Counted from the stretch's first letter, positions 45,895 through 60,113 are shown. The stretch: DNA of 64,000 bases from Amoebophrya sp. A120 (GCA_905178155.1 CAJINV010000001.1:6762587-6826586); one strand, 5' to 3'. Notes: a model not told the origin generated them from the letters alone. Program-made: numbers and translations.

Positions 45895-48144
45895 TCAGTG
45901 GTTGTGCCGGCCGGTTCCCTCCACCTTCATGAGACTTCCGCCGGCGGTCCGCACGTAAATTGCCTCTTCCGATTCCGAGTCGCTCAGCTGCTCGTAGACG
46001 TCGTAACTGCGGTACATGGGGTTGTAGGACTTTGTTTTCAGCGGATTCTTGTACACCGTCTGCTTCGTGTACGGATTCGTCCACGATTTTTTCCCCGTCC
46101 GGTTGTTCATCTTTTCCGTCCACACGTCGCGATTGGCGTCGGGCCCCTTCGGTTTCTTCAGGCTGATTTCGCGGGTGATCTTGTTGCGCCACCTCTTCCG
46201 GCCCTTGTTGTCCTCCTCGATGTACCAGTTTTCCCGGACCATTGGGATGCGGCTCTGCATGGGCTTGGTCTTGCTGATCTCCTTCGTGTACTTGTTTTCC
46301 CAGTGCGAAACGGTCATTTTCTTCCCCTTCTTTTTGTACTTCGTCACCCAGTCCAACGCCGCCGGCATGTCCTTCCCAAGGATCAAGTGCCCGCTGTCAA
46401 ACATCGCGCGCGCGGTCGTGGGCTCGTGGAGGTAGAAAATCCAGACCTGAGGAAAAATGACCGGAGAGGTTCAAAGTGAGAAGATTTTTGCATCTGTTGC
46501 GCGAGGTCGTGCAACGAAAGGACTACTACAAGAAGATACAGTGTTCTAAACTTTTGTTCTCAAACATAAAAAACTACCTTCCAGCTGCCTTTCGCGTAGT
46601 CTGAGGTCAGTTTGGTCGAATCTGGGTCTTTGGCGTGCTCTCTGTCCCATTGGTAGAGCAAGTGCAGGTATTCCTCCGCGTCACGGCGCTGCGCGAAGCC
46701 CATAAAGCCCGCACCCCGCTGGTGGTAGTGGGTTTTCGGAAACTTCTTCTCTAGCCCCGTCCCGTCCTGGTGCGAGGGATCAAAAATCACGGAATCCCAG
46801 CACTCCCCTACGCACTTCAAGTACCACAGCACCGTCCTGCTTCCGCACGCAACGCCGGTTGCCTCTTCCTGCATGATGGTGCTTGGCTCGTCTGATATGA
46901 TCGCGAAGAACGTTGTAATGTAGTATGTGGAGTACAATTTCAGCACCGTTGCGTAAATCGCTGCGATCACCAAATCCAGCGAGAAGGGCGCGTCGTAGGA
47001 CACCTCGTTTGTGTCCTTCGGCTTGAAATACGGCCGTCCCGTTTCCGGCGTCTCGCCAATCTCGATGCCCGGGTCGCGCCACAGTGGATTCAGCTCCATC
47101 ACGTTCGGGGCTTCCCAGCTGACCTCTTTCGTCTCCAAATGGTGGTAGTAAGAGAACAACCCGCCGCTCTCCAGACTCTCCGTTAACCCCAGTTCCACCT
47201 CGCCCCACTCTTTCGGTAGAAGCTTGTTCCGCATTTTATGGCAGCCCACGTCGAAACACCGCACGAGCTGCAACTTGCGGGCGATCTTCAGGCCCATCCC
47301 CTGCAGCAGCAGGTCGTGCTTGTCCACGTTGAGCTGCGTGATCGCCTCCAGGAACTCCTCGCTGATCTGTTTCGCGCCGCTGTTCTCCTCGTGCTTCTCG
47401 AACGCCTTCATCGCGATTTCCATCAGCTGCCCCGACGTGCTGTTCTCTTCCGCCTTTATCGTCACGTACCCGGTGTGCAGCGGCGCCATCAGCGTCGTGT
47501 GTACCAAGTCCCAGGGCGCGCTGAAGATCTGAATCACCCAGTTCACGTCGATTCCCGATTGCCGGATTTCGTCCATCGTCAGAATGTCCGACGGTTTCTC
47601 GAGCTCCACACTGTGCTCTACCCAGTTTTTGCTCGTGTAGGACTTCCAGATTTCCTTCTCCGGGTCCAGTTTGCCGACCTGGGGAAACACGCCGCGGAAA
47701 ACGTCCTGCTGCAAAACGCGGTCGACGCCGGCCTTCGCGACGTCGCCGGCGGACACCTCCAGCCGGTACCGCACATACAGGACGTCTTGCAGGGCGCCGG
47801 AGGCCCGCCCCAGCGCGTCGATGGACTTGAAGAACCGGCTCATGCGGCCCACATCCAGAATGGGCGACTGCGCGAGCAGCAACGCAACCTGAATGCAGGC
47901 GAAAATCCGCGTGGCGGTCGTGGAAGGCGGCGGAACCCGGTCGCGGAGCTGTTTGTCGTCGTCGTAGGTCAGCGTCCAGGCGAAGAGTAGTTTTTGGTAG
48001 GGAATCTTGTTCCGCGTTGCGGCCTTCTGCGCCTCCTCCGAGGCCTCCTTCAACGCCTTGGCGGCTTGGTCCATGATGATGAGGGTGCCAGTTCCGAGGT
48101 GCAGAGCCGCGGCGGGGAGGACGAAGCGAAGGAGCAGAAGACAA
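45895..48144 (-). CDS. Protein with multiple WW-like domains (5' end uncertain)
   Basis: YYHHLETKEVSWEAP, GRPYFKPKDTNEVSYDAP, HWENKYTKEISKTKP, WYIEEDNKGRKRWRNKITREISLKKP, WTEKMNNRTGKKSWTNPYTKQTVYKNP. A GT-AG intron at ~46447-46577 joins SWK to VWIFYLHE. Confidence 0.7.
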
Positions 48145-48787
48145 CTAGGAAAACGATAGCAAAGCGTTTGGCTGTGTCATCTTTGAGTTTCTTGTGTTCA
48201 TCTGAGCATTTAGCAATGTTTGTGAAGGACACTCTCAACTCGAAAACTCTCCTTCCTGATGCAAGTTACGTAGGCACAACTTCATAACATGGAATAACAA
48301 CAGGCAAGCAAAAATAGGACATCAAAAACCGATCGAAATATGCGTGTCTAAAGCTAAAGCAGGTGTTGCGCATATAATGTTGGTCACTCGATACCGCTTT
48401 GGTCGCTCGAGATGAGGCTGTATCACAATAAGAGCGGAGTTGAAAGTCACGCACCGAGACGAAACTGTCAAGATCGGTCAAATCAATCCAGCCACCGTGT
48501 GGCCACGGGGCAGTCTCCAAATCTTATTGCTGCAAAAGCAGGGATCGGCAGTACCATGCTGTTGATGTCTCACGCAATGGGAAAGAGCTGCTGCTGCAAA
48601 GTCCTTGATATAAAATGGCGTAAGAGTCTCGCTTCTTCGTAAGACTGTCGATACGTTTCACGTGCGCTCTTACTAGCAAGTCAGCGACCCATGAAAGTGC
48701 TGCTAGAAAATTGCCACCATAGTTTCATCTTTTGTTGCGGTCGTTAGACTTCGTTTGAGTGTTTAAAATTCCACATCCTGATTAGAG

Positions 48788-51700
48788 TCACAGAAGAATG
48801 CGTCTCCGGATCCACTCGAGCGTCAACAAGTTTGCCTTGGCGATGTGGTGCTCCTTGTCGAATCCGTGTCCTTCGCCTTCGAATATTTCCATGTGAATCT
48901 GCTGCGGTAGGTGTCCGCTGGTTGCACCCGAGGATGGCCCGCCATTCGCAGAAGCACTATTCCCGTTTGCGACGGTAGAAGTGGTTTTTTCCGCGCTCCG
49001 CAACCTGCGCAACAGCTCCACGTATGCCTTCCCGTTCGGACCCATCGGCACGCGCAGGTCGCTATCCCCGAGAAGCATGAGCACGTCGCACGTCACGTTT
49101 TTGATAGAACTCACCGGCGATTTTTTCTTCAATTCAATGCAGTCTTCGTCCGACAACTCCGACCACTTGTACTGCGTACGGTTCAGAGCCTCCGCAAAAA
49201 TCCACTCCGGGATATCGGTTTGCCGCACCATTCCCTCCAGATCCGTGACCGGATTCCGCATGATGCCGCACTGGATGTTGGGGATTTTGTTCCGCCCAAT
49301 CAAGTGCGCCGTGAGAAAACCGCCGTGGCTGCCGCCCATCACAAACACCGGAAGGGGTAGGCCTGCAGGGGGTTTGATATGTTGTGAACACCAACAATGA
49401 GCAAAAATGCATCAAGAATCTCGAAGGCAGTACGAAAGCAGTAGCGGTGTCTATGTAAAAATGCACGCAGGGGTTTACTATGTTGCAAGCAAATTCGACG
49501 GCAGTGCTAAGAATCCATCAAGTTCATTTTCATTTAAGTACCACGTCGCTGCGCCGTCGCAGAAGGATCCGAAAACACTTTCAGCAGTTCATTGGTGAGC
49601 CCTTCGCAGTCTGCCACGTCGTCGACGCCGGCTTTCCCCAGCAGGCACTCGTTGAATTCACGGGAAAAAGATGTGCTGCCGCGGTAGTTCGGGAAAAACA
49701 GCGGGACCTTCAGAGCCTCTGGCAGCAGAACATGGACCGGGCTGTAGGTTGGGATACTCACACCGTGCGGACCGCCATGGAGCTGGATGGCAAGACCGGA
49801 GACTGGAAGTTCTTTGGGTTCTTTTCCAATTTCCCCTTGGAGGTACGCTCGTATGACTTTTTTCGTTTGTTTCGCGAGTCGCTCGTGTGCTGATTTGATG
49901 TCTGCGTCTGTCGGTTGTCTCTCAACAAGGTTTTCCCGACCTGGACCAAACTTTTCTTCGGGGACCCCGAGGATCGTCGACCACAACGCGCACTCTGCCT
50001 CCTTGTAAGCTGTGTCGACATACTGGTACGCAGCCTTTGGCAGCACAAGAGCGCCCGACGCTCCGGGATGCTTCGCAAAATCCGAGAAGTGTAGCAAAGT
50101 GCTGCTGTACATGCTGTCGCTAAAGTTTTCGCCCCGCAGGAGCTTCCAGCTGCCCTCCACCTCCCCCTCGACCAGCTTTTCCTTGGGATTTTTGACGTGG
50201 TAAAGCCACAAAGTTGGCAAGGCGACGAAGCTAGTCTCCTGAATAATGGCGAAAAAATCATCCCAGTAGAGCAACTCTTGCGAGCTTGTGAAGTGTTGCA
50301 CTCTTTGGTCTCTTTTCCAAGCTAGCGGATGCACATGCGGCGGAATCAAGTAACGGATTTTGGAGCCTAGCAATTTGTCCTGCTTCTCGTTCCACTCGAG
50401 TGAAATCAACTGCACGCGGCTCATACCGTGGTGAAGAGTTTCACAGATGATGTATTTATCTTCTTGGAAAGGCTCGGTAAAAAAGCCGCACTTTTGAACC
50501 TGTGCGTGATAACCATAGCACTGAGCTACGTCCCGCGTCTCCACCTGGCCCTTGCTGTTGAGGTACTCCACACGCCGACTGAACAAAGTGGAGTGGCACG
50601 AGGCACTTCGCTTGCCGACGGTTGCGATCGCCAAGTCGGTGCCCATTTGCGCCGGTCGCAAACACCACGAATTAATTGGGTCCGCATGATCTCTTGCAGC
50701 CAGCGCGGTCTTCTGTCGCTTTGCTCCTCTTTCCATCGTGTCGTCGGTTGCGTCTCTTTGCAGCACCATCCTGCCAGATGACTCATTGTCGACGTATTCT
50801 GATGCGCTTTCGAAATCCCATGTCGCTTTGCATTGCTCTGCGTGGCGATTCATGCACGCTGCCAGTCCGCAGGGGAAGTCTGAGATCTTGTACTTGGAAA
50901 ACATGACCTCTCTGCGGTACTCGCCCGCAAAACAGGGGAAGCAGGGAAACTCAAGAGGGCGGTCGGCAAAGTGGTCAAGCAAGACGTAAACAAGCGGTTG
51001 GCCGAGAGGGTTAAGCTTACTGAAGCTTGCAACCACAATAACGGGACTTTTTATCGTCTGCAATCTTTCTCCGAAGTCTACGTTTTTTCGTCCTTCGCGA
51101 AGCTTTCTCACTTGCGCCTTCTGCCTTTTCGTCGCAAAAAAAGGAAGCTCGTCTGCTGTTGGGCTCAATTCGCCTATGAAGCACAAAATGCCTCCATCTA
51201 GAGCGCCACGGTAGAACTGCGGCATGCCGAACTCTGCAGTCAAATGCACCGTCTGTATCCCATACTCCGATAGGTCTATCACCGCTCTTCCAAAAGCGTT
51301 GTCGTGTCTTTCCAAAAATCGTATACGTCCTGCTGCTTTTTCGTCTTTTGCGTGCGTATCTGCAAGAAAAAGGAAAGACCGAGAAGGGCTGCGAGGGTCT
51401 ACAAAAACTGCCTTCTGTGACTTGGTGTCCAAAACTGACGGACGAGACCAAAGCCTCATCGGCCACTTACTTTTGGTTTCGGGCATCCCTAAGGTTGACT
51501 CGAGCTTTTTCTTATCGTACCGCTCTGCTTCGTCACTGATCATCTTCTGGACTCGTTCTGTATCGCTTTTACTGTCGGGGCCAGCATTACCTGCTGTCTT
51601 CGCGCTGCTGCTTTTGTCCTTCGGCTTCATATACCCCTGCTCAAACTGAAGACTGATTTGAAAATTGATGTAGTGGTCGTCCCGAACATGACTACCTCCC

Positions 51701-51813
51701 TGGCAATCGTACTTGCGTTCCCATGCCATTGAAAGGTCTTCGTATTCCTGGCAAATCCGCTCTGGCGATGGCCGATTGGGCCCAGCAACATGAGTTTCAA
51801 CTACGTTCGACAT
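48788..51813 (-). CDS. APEH: Acylamino-acid-releasing enzyme (peptidase S9C)
   Basis: HGGPH, PNYRGS, G..DVADC, nucleophile GGSHGGFL, RNPV, TDIPEW, catalytic D in GDSDLRVP and catalytic H in EGHGF. One GT-AG intron at ~49363-49540. Confidence 0.88.
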
Positions 51814-53614
51814 TTCTTTGGTTTTGTCTTGCGATTGTGTGTCACACCGCTGATTGGCCCACAATTAAATTCAATGGAGAAATAGACGATGCCGATCCGA
51901 AATCAGATACGAGAAGGTATGAGTCGCTGCAATCCAAATGACAATGTTCTGCTATGATACTATTTGCCCGCGGCTCCAGAGGACAACAGTTTTTTAAATC
52001 CTCGTCTCTTCATAGGGTGCTGGTACTAGCAATATCATGTCACTGCCGAATAGTTGCAAAATAGCACTTCAACTGTTTCGATCCTTTGAGACAGAATCCG
52101 AAGTTAAAATTGGTTCTTTACATGCGAACAAACACTGTGCTCCGACTTCATGCACCTTCTAAAATGGGGTGGATCCTTCAAGAATAATGATCACATTCAC
52201 AGACAACTCCTGCTCTTCTGCTTGTAGTTGAAGAACTTCGTTGTAGTTGCACTGGTGGCTGACCATAAAATCCTGATCATGAAAGAGCTTGCTTCTTGGA
52301 ACATGCAATCGCAGATGATGCTTCACTGCGCGGTAATCATATACAGCCTCGTTCGCTGCGCCATGTCATTCACATACACATCCCGCCGACGAACGGGTGT
52401 TCAGAGAAACAAAAAGCCGGCGAACAAACATTACTGGTTACACTTTTCTCAGGTTTCTTGAAAAAACGATGTTGGATTAGAATTATAACTACGACAGCGC
52501 CTTGACGATATTCTCGGGACAATGGACAACTGACACGATATGTCGAGTATTTTTTCTTTGCGGTGGCTACAGCCCGTGTGCGTCTGTGTTTAACAAAATC
52601 AAAATCTCTTACAGTGGAAGTGGCGTATTTATAGTAGACAGCGGAATCAGCTCGAGCTCGTAAAACAACTTTGTATTACAAGGATAAGCGAGGCGAAAAA
52701 GTACTCGATCTCAGGGACGGAGAGATCCTGTTGAAATAAAAACGGTTACGGTGAGTAGAGCTAAGATAAAAATGCCACTCTGATACTAAACGGGGCTGAC
52801 AGCAGAAAATCCTTCGTTGAGGATTTTTCAACTTTTTTTCTAGCCGTATATGACAGTGAAACTTCGCCTAAAAATGGATTTTGGGGAAACCCACTCGCGC
52901 CCGGTTCTTCTTAGTAATAACGTAGAGGTACTATCATATACTTCGTTGTCGCCTCGCTGTTGCGCAAGCGTGGGACCTTCAAGTGTCTACTTGGTTCCCA
53001 ACAGTAGTCCGCCCGTGGAAAATTGCGGGCCATGCTCGTCCGGTGCGGGTTATGACATCAAGCAGCAGGTATCGACAAACTGGAATCGAGCGCAGAACGC
53101 TCGACCTTCCAAAGACGGGCGCATGCTGTTGACTGTTGTAGACGTCCTCGCAAATCTGATTCTCTGGGACTACTTTAGGAAATTTCCAATCGCAATACAA
53201 GAAGGAACCCCACCGCATCTTCGCAGCTTTGTATAAAATGATAAAACATAAATCAATGCGCACGCGCTTCGTGGGCACGAAGTAAAACCTTTTAGTGTAT
53301 TTGAACGTGAAAATTGGGACACGAGTAAAAACTCGATTAGGAAACATCGATATTTTTGAAATTACTCTTTACTCTACTACTCTTTGTCTTTTTATCAAAA
53401 AAAACAACTACTTTCAACGCGAACTGTCGATAAACATTGACTACGTAGAAAATCAATCTGTCGCACCAAACCTGGGTGCGTTCTGTGATCACGTTGGTTT
53501 CGATGAGTCGCGCTATGTTGTGGGGACGTAGGTACTATTCATCAGACTTTGCTCGGGTCACGTCGATGAGGAAACTTTATGGGTGTGACATCAAAACTCG
53601 AACTCCGTCAGGGC

Positions 53615-56602
53615 CTAGTACTCCTGCTTTCCGCCGCCCTTGTGGCGTTTGCCCTTGCCCTTTCCCTTCTTGCCCTTGCTGGAGCTCCCATCGCCGTCGA
53701 TGACATCATCGTTCGCACTACCTGATAAAGTCCGGATTATGGTAATTTTCCCAGAGACCATTTCCAAACACATGAAGTTCAAGTGCATCGTCAATTCTAG
53801 AAGTATTTTGCCTTTCGATTATAAGCTATACCTTTTACGCATGGAGTTTTGCTCATATCTTAATCAATATTAACCAACAAACGACAACAGACGAAACAAA
53901 AACGCAACCGCACCCTAGGCAAGAATGTGTCTGCGAGTGATTCCTCACTACAGCAGGCAGGATATTCTTACCTTTTCCGCTTTTGCCACTCGATCCTTCT
54001 TGCCCTTTTTCGCTTTTCTTGGCCTTGTTGCCGCGGCCTTTGTTCTTCGGACTGCTATTTCCTTCTGGCTGACCTTCTTTTCCGCCTTCTCCTGAGTACG
54101 GACAGATTTTAGTCTTTGTCTGTACCAGAAAGACGCAGGGCGACATCAAAGCACGTTTTTGAGGCTGCGCCGACGACAGAAACAATGAAACCCGATACGA
54201 CAAACTACTACACCAGTACCAGAGCCACGGCCTAACAAACTGCTTCATTTCGATCTCATTTGCCATACACAAACGCAGTTTCGAAATTTTATTTATTGAG
54301 GGATAGAGGTAGATGACGAGTGACCTTTGTCTAGTTCTCGTTCTTCAAAGTTTGCATCGGAAATACCTGCACCAGCCCCACCTTCGCGGGAGTCTTCGTA
54401 ATTTTCATCACCGTGATCCCCTTTTCCTTTTCCATTCTGCCAGGAGCGGCCGCTTCTGTTTCGTTTTGATTGGAATTGGTTTCGGAAAGAAAATATTTTG
54501 TTTGATCGAATACAAATTCTCTCCAAGAAAATTCTGGTTTTACCATCCCTAGCACGACCTTTCGCAATCGATAGAACAATCAAACGACATCGTCCACGTG
54601 ATTTTCGATACCTGTGCCCGCTGTCGTGGTAGCCGTCTCCGGACCCTTGGCCCCCACTGTTGTTTGGTGGTCGGTAGGAGCCCTCATCATAGTTGTAGTT
54701 TTTCCAGCTCTTATTTTTTTTCCACGGCTTGTATTCGTAGCCGTCCTCATCCCACCATTCTTCGTCGTTTCCCCCTTCCCATGAGGCGTAGCTGTAACTG
54801 GGGCTGGACTTGTACCTGCCCGAGCTTCCATTCGCGTGCCTGCTCTCGCCGTTCTGGTAGTAATTATTGTTCTTGTCGTGATGGTCGCGGTAGTTCCCCT
54901 TGCCGCCGCCCTTGGACGCGGAGTTTTTGTAATAGTCTCGGTCCTCGTAGTAGTGTTTGTCCTTGTAGTAGCCGCGATCGTAATGCTTGTCGTAATTTCT
55001 GTCTCGGTGGCCAGAGTCTCGGCCTTCGTAGTAATCGGCGTATTTTCCGGACGACCCCCCTCTGTAGCCGCCCTTACCAGAGCCGCCTTTTTGATCGTAG
55101 TAGTCGCCGCTGTACTTGTATTTCCCACGGGATGACCCTTTTTTGCTCCCCTTCTGGTTGTAATACCCATCCTCACTTTGATACTGGTTGTACTCTCCGC
55201 TTTCCGGGTTTTCATCCTCGTCCTGAGGGGAGTTCGCCGCGTCTGCCCAGTACGTTTCCGTGATTTCCTGCAGAAACTGCGGCCCGTCGGCTTTTCGTGC
55301 GTCCTGGGTGACCCAACCAGTCACTTCCGTCTCAATGCTTTTTATCTGGCAAAAGTTCGAGTTTGGACTTGCATGCAACACATACATGCAATTACAAAAC
55401 AGAAACGTGAGGGGCATACTGCTTTGCAAGAAACTCGACTAAAGACCAAATGCAAGAAAAGCTCTAGGGCACCATTCTTATCGTAGTTAAGGTTGTGATA
55501 CCTTGATTCGCACGATGCCGTCCGCGATAATAATCGGCTCACCGAGAAGCTCTACTATTTCCAGCCGCTGCAGGCAGCCCATCTGTTCACTCGCGAGATC
55601 CATGCCCTTCCGCACGATCACCATCTCAAAGTGGTCACTTCTCAGCACCTTTTTGTTTGATATTCGTAGGCCTGACTGACGAGGACAGAAGAAGGAGAAG
55701 TCTCCACAAACACTATAACACCAACTATGGCAGCCGCCTCAGTAACGTACTGCTTACCTGAAACATTCTCGGTTTTCCTTGGTGCCCCCCTTTTCGGAAG
55801 TTTCCGTTCGATGGGAGCCATTTTGTATCCTTGACGGGCTGGATTTTTGTACTGGTACCGGGGAGCACTTCGTATTTGTGGACGGCCTTGATAAATAGTT
55901 TTCCATCCTCCTGCTCGATGAAGGCGTACCTGGGAAAGTTTTTCGGAACACTGTTGCAATGGCTGCTCCTAATTTGTCAGCTAAGTAGTCTTCTCTGACG
56001 TAGTTTCACGGAGTCTGTCGTTCTCGTCGTCGTCGATGCAGCCGCGACTTCCGCTAAGTTTTCACAAATGAAAAAAAATGACCAATACCGTAATCCACGA
56101 GAAGCAAAGTTCCATACCTTCTTTTATTCTCATTCGACGCGTTGAGTAATCTGACGAGTTCGGAGTACGAGCTAACGCCACAACACCGTCGACATATCTC
56201 TAGGAGGTCCACTACCTCGACCTGCTTGTCTTCATCCATTGGTATGATTCCCTTGTTTCCCTCGTCCGCTCCGTGACGCAGGATGTAGCTTACGATCTTG
56301 CTCACCTGATAGCATTTATCACGGTATGTTAGTGGATATTTTCGATCTTCATTTCATTGATGTATGCCTCAGTTGAAAATTTGCACCGCCACCACCCAGT
56401 GCAAAAGCAGTGAAAAACCAACTTCGTATAAGTAAAGTCATACAACTGATACTCAGAAAAAGCAAACTACCTGCTTGAGCAAATCGTCGGTGTCCCTGAA
56501 CTTGATTTTCTTCATGAACTCTAGGTCCATGTTACCGAAGTATACTCGGTTGGCTACCACGGAGGGTAGCCGGTCGTACTCAATCGGTTTTTCGGCCATC
56601 AT
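53615..56602 (-). CDS. Multi-exon protein: Tpt1/KptA-like RNA-binding lobe + SH3-like domain + G/K/Y/D-rich low-complexity tail (5' end uncertain)
   Basis: GT-AG-joined exons read VSKIVSYILRHGA..IPMDEDKQVEVVDLL..NKRRY..KLFIKAVHK, then IVRKGMDLASEQMGCL..VELLGE..VRIKIKS..TGWVTQ..GPQFL, then YYDQKGGSGKGGYRGG..., ending KGKKGKGKGKRHKGGGKQEY* at 53615. Confidence 0.6.
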
Positions 56603-57429
56603 AGTCACGCAGACGGCGACTTGGTCGCGCGGTACGTTTTTCTTCCCAACAGGAAAATCGCTGACGCCCTGCTACTCGACTGTTGAAGCCGTGTTTTAAT
56701 CCTTATTTTCACGTCCACCACCTCTCCGCGCTTGGAAGAAGTTGATGACGTGTGAGTGTGACGTTATTCTTGTTCTAACACTTCCATTACAATCGCCCTC
56801 GACGAATTTGATAGTTGTATTGTTCTCGGGTAAGAAACTGCAAAATCATTCTTCTCGGAGGTGCGAGTTCACGCACAGTCCTGGGGTCTGGTGGTTCACC
56901 AGCTGGCAATCCTTTACGTGAAGCGCACAGACGAGAAGCCTCTACAAGCCGGCTTGCGATGGGAAGAGAATCCCTACTTCCTGCCCGTTCCGCCTGACTC
57001 GATACGCGTGATATCTTGTTCAGGTTATTTGTGGTCTCCTTAGCCTTTACTGTAAGTGTAATAATAGTTTGAGTTTTTTGGGAACGTTCACAGATTTATT
57101 ATGGTTGCGAAGCTTTCGCTTCTTTTTGGTTTTAACTAGGTTCTTTCAGGGTAAGCAGTACCACCCGGCCCGCGAAGCGGTTTCTACAAGAACGCTGCTG
57201 TTGCCCGTACTATCTAGTTTCGTCAATTTGACAACTGTGTAAAAGTCGGGGCGGTGCGCGTATTTGTAAACCGTTGCTTTAAGTACTTAAAGACACTATT
57301 ATGGATAAACTACTGTCAAAACATCCATAGTACGCCGGAGCGCTTTTTCATCGCAGTGCTGCTACAGGCAGCAGCTGAGTTACGACTATTTTCTCGAACT
57401 ATGTTTTCTGGGCCTGTTACTTAGTAGTC

Positions 57430-60113
57430 ACGGAAAGGTTGCTTCAACTTTCCATAGCAGCGTCGAAGTCGAAAACGCGGCGCGCAGTAGTAATCGCTTC
57501 GCGCAGAAATCATTTGCGCTGTAATTATTGTTCGCGCACAGTAATCGTTCTTGAGCATACTCAATTTGTACTTGACAAAAGTAAGTCGTAGTGATGTGAG
57601 AGCATCTTGCGCCGTACCTTCTTGGCGGTAGGCGGCACTGAGCAGATCCTTTGTCGTCTTTCAAGAAGTGGATCGGAGCGTTCTCAAAATATTCTTTTCG
57701 TTTTCGTTTTCACCATCACCTATTACAGGCTGCATTATGCATGGTTGTTTTATTGCTTTCTGGCACAGGCAGTAGAACACGTCTACAACCAAGTGTAACA
57801 CACAGTATTGACCGAGCATTTTTGTTGAGTAGTTTCATGTATTGTGACTGTCGCTTTTTCAGGGAAACAGTAGACATTCAACATTCCGTAGCTGCAAAAG
57901 CCATTGCCAAGAAGTTTGTGAAAGTGTATGCGCATATCATCGATCGTGACTGCGGAGAACGTAATCACATTTTTCCATCAATTGATTTTTCGTATGCGCA
58001 CGTCGAGCGGGCACTTGGCACCCAGCTTCTGCGTCGAAGGGGGCTTTACACCACGGCGCTGCGCTTCGGCCGCACTGATGCGGGTGATCACGCCCCCCGG
58101 CCCGCCCGCCGTCCCCGGTCGACGCGACTCCGGTACGTAGTTGAGCGGTACTAGTTTTGGCTCGCCGGTCTTCGCATCCGAGCCACCATTCCGCACGGAC
58201 CTGCGAGAAGCAAGTAAATGATGAAAAACTACGTGAGATTGCCTACTTTTTTTCCAAAAAAAATTTCGTAGAGATTGACGACGCACACAAAGTTAGATAC
58301 TTGAACGCCAGGCAATTCAGTATACGATTGCAGTTCTTGTAGCCGTTCCGCGCACTCCTCTGCCCTTTCCAGACACGACTTTCCAACCGCGCCGAGCCTC
58401 AATTCTGGCACCGCTCGCAACGCTTCGACCGCATGAATGGCCTCCTCGTAAAGCACAATAGCTTCTACGGTGCGACTTTCTCGGTCTGCCTTGCGCGCTG
58501 CGGCGACGGCGTCTATGAAGCCCGCCACCGTTTGCCGACTGAGGCACTGACCGACGCTTCCCGGCGCGGTCTGGGGACGCAGCCGCGTCCGCGGGCTGTG
58601 CTGGTCGAGCAAGACGCTCTGTTCCTGTGTTTCGTCGTCCGGCAGGAGCTTTAGCGTCTTCGCTGCGGCGGCTGCTGCAGAGGATGAGCTGCTGGAAGAA
58701 GTTGCGCTGCTGGTTAGCGAAGCAAATGCTTTGCTCTTCTCCCGTGCGGTAGCCGTCGGCGTCGCACCCGCGCCACCGAAGAAGAGACTTCTCGTGTTTG
58801 TGTCTTCTTGTCCACCTCTACTTCCGGGTGCCACGAGAGCTAGGGAAGATGAAGCGCCACCTGGTTCATCTTTCTTATCCGCCTCTCTTCTTTCCTTCTT
58901 TTTCGCAGCAGTGTCAGCGATAATTTTTTCCCTGAACTCAGTTACTGCGCGCTGCTTTTCGAGCGCTTCCGCGGCAGTGAGAGTTTGCGACGCGCAGGCC
59001 TTTGACACCGCAGTACCTTTGTGGAGGTCTTTACCGTCGTTATTTGGCGGCGCAGATTGTTCTGAGTCGGCATCAGACAGGCCGTCATTCTCGTCTTCTC
59101 CGTCTTCCTCGAGATCGTCGCCGTAGATGCGCTTTCGTAAGTCGTCCTCATCCTCAGACTCTTCCGCTTCGGTGGGGTCGGCTCGCTGCGCCGTGGCTCC
59201 CCCGTTCTCCATTTCCTCCTCGTCGCTCTCATCGGTTCTGTCGCCGGGCACAGGCGACGACGTTGGCTTTGGCTCGATGTCGTTTTCTTTTTTCTCCGTT
59301 TTATCCTGTATTCCCGGCTGCGCCGTCTTCGTTTCAATGGAAGCTGCTCCTGACGGCGTCGCCGCGGCAACGGTCCCTTTGGAAGCAGAAGGTGCAGGGT
59401 GGTCTCCAGATTCCTTTGCAGCCGACGCTGTAGTCGCAGGTGCTAGTCGTGCACCAATAACTAAATTAGTGCTACTACTTGATGTAGCTGGTTTTTTCGC
59501 AAGCAAGCCTTGTTGCCCTTGAACGGCGCCCGTGCCGGGAGACGAAATCGGTTCCAAAACGACTTTGTTGCTTTGCTGCAGGTCTCGCACTGTAGTAGCT
59601 CTTGCAGTTGTCGCGTCCTTCTTTGTCACTTCGGAACTGTCTCCTGCTCTGCCGCCCTGATTTCTGGGCTTCGTTGGACTCGTCGCAAGCACTTTGTTCG
59701 GAGCAGTGCTTTTCTTCAAGATGTTTCGCACGCCGGGCTGACGCGTCCCTGCGGCCGGAGAAACGGACTTTCGTTGCTCGGAGGACGAAAACTGCACCTT
59801 CTTTTGTACTTCCTTCCTTGCGCTCTTCAAATGCGCAATTCGGCTCTGCAAACGGGCCACCTCGTCTTGCACCTGTGTGTGTTTAGCGAATTCGATTGAA
59901 TGTGATCAGATCTGGACAACTGCGCACCACGGACCTGGACAATCACACGAGGGCAACGAACTGTACATTCATAGAGGAGAGCGCAACAAAGTCAATATCT
60001 CTGTAAGTACTTACCTCGGCATTAGGAGGTAAGTGGTTACTCGCCACGTGCTGCTGACTCTCGAGCTCTTGCCGGGCTGCCCGACCTCGGGTCGCCACAC
60101 AACGCTCCACCAT
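57430..60113 (-). CDS. Low-complexity protein with a MIT-like domain; additional 3' exons, boundaries uncertain
   Basis: Exon MVERC...PNAE (GTAAGT donor) joins ORF 58229..59872. MIT-like AVAAARKADRESRTVEAIVLYEEAIHAVE...LERAEE. Further small minus-strand exons lie at ~57430-58200. Confidence 0.5.

Noticed and set aside
52850-53347. Short ORFs in the 51.9-53.6 kb gap and a TATGACAGTGAAA terminus-like motif near 52849
   Set aside because: No recognisable protein motif, and no partner inverted repeat or direct repeat was found.
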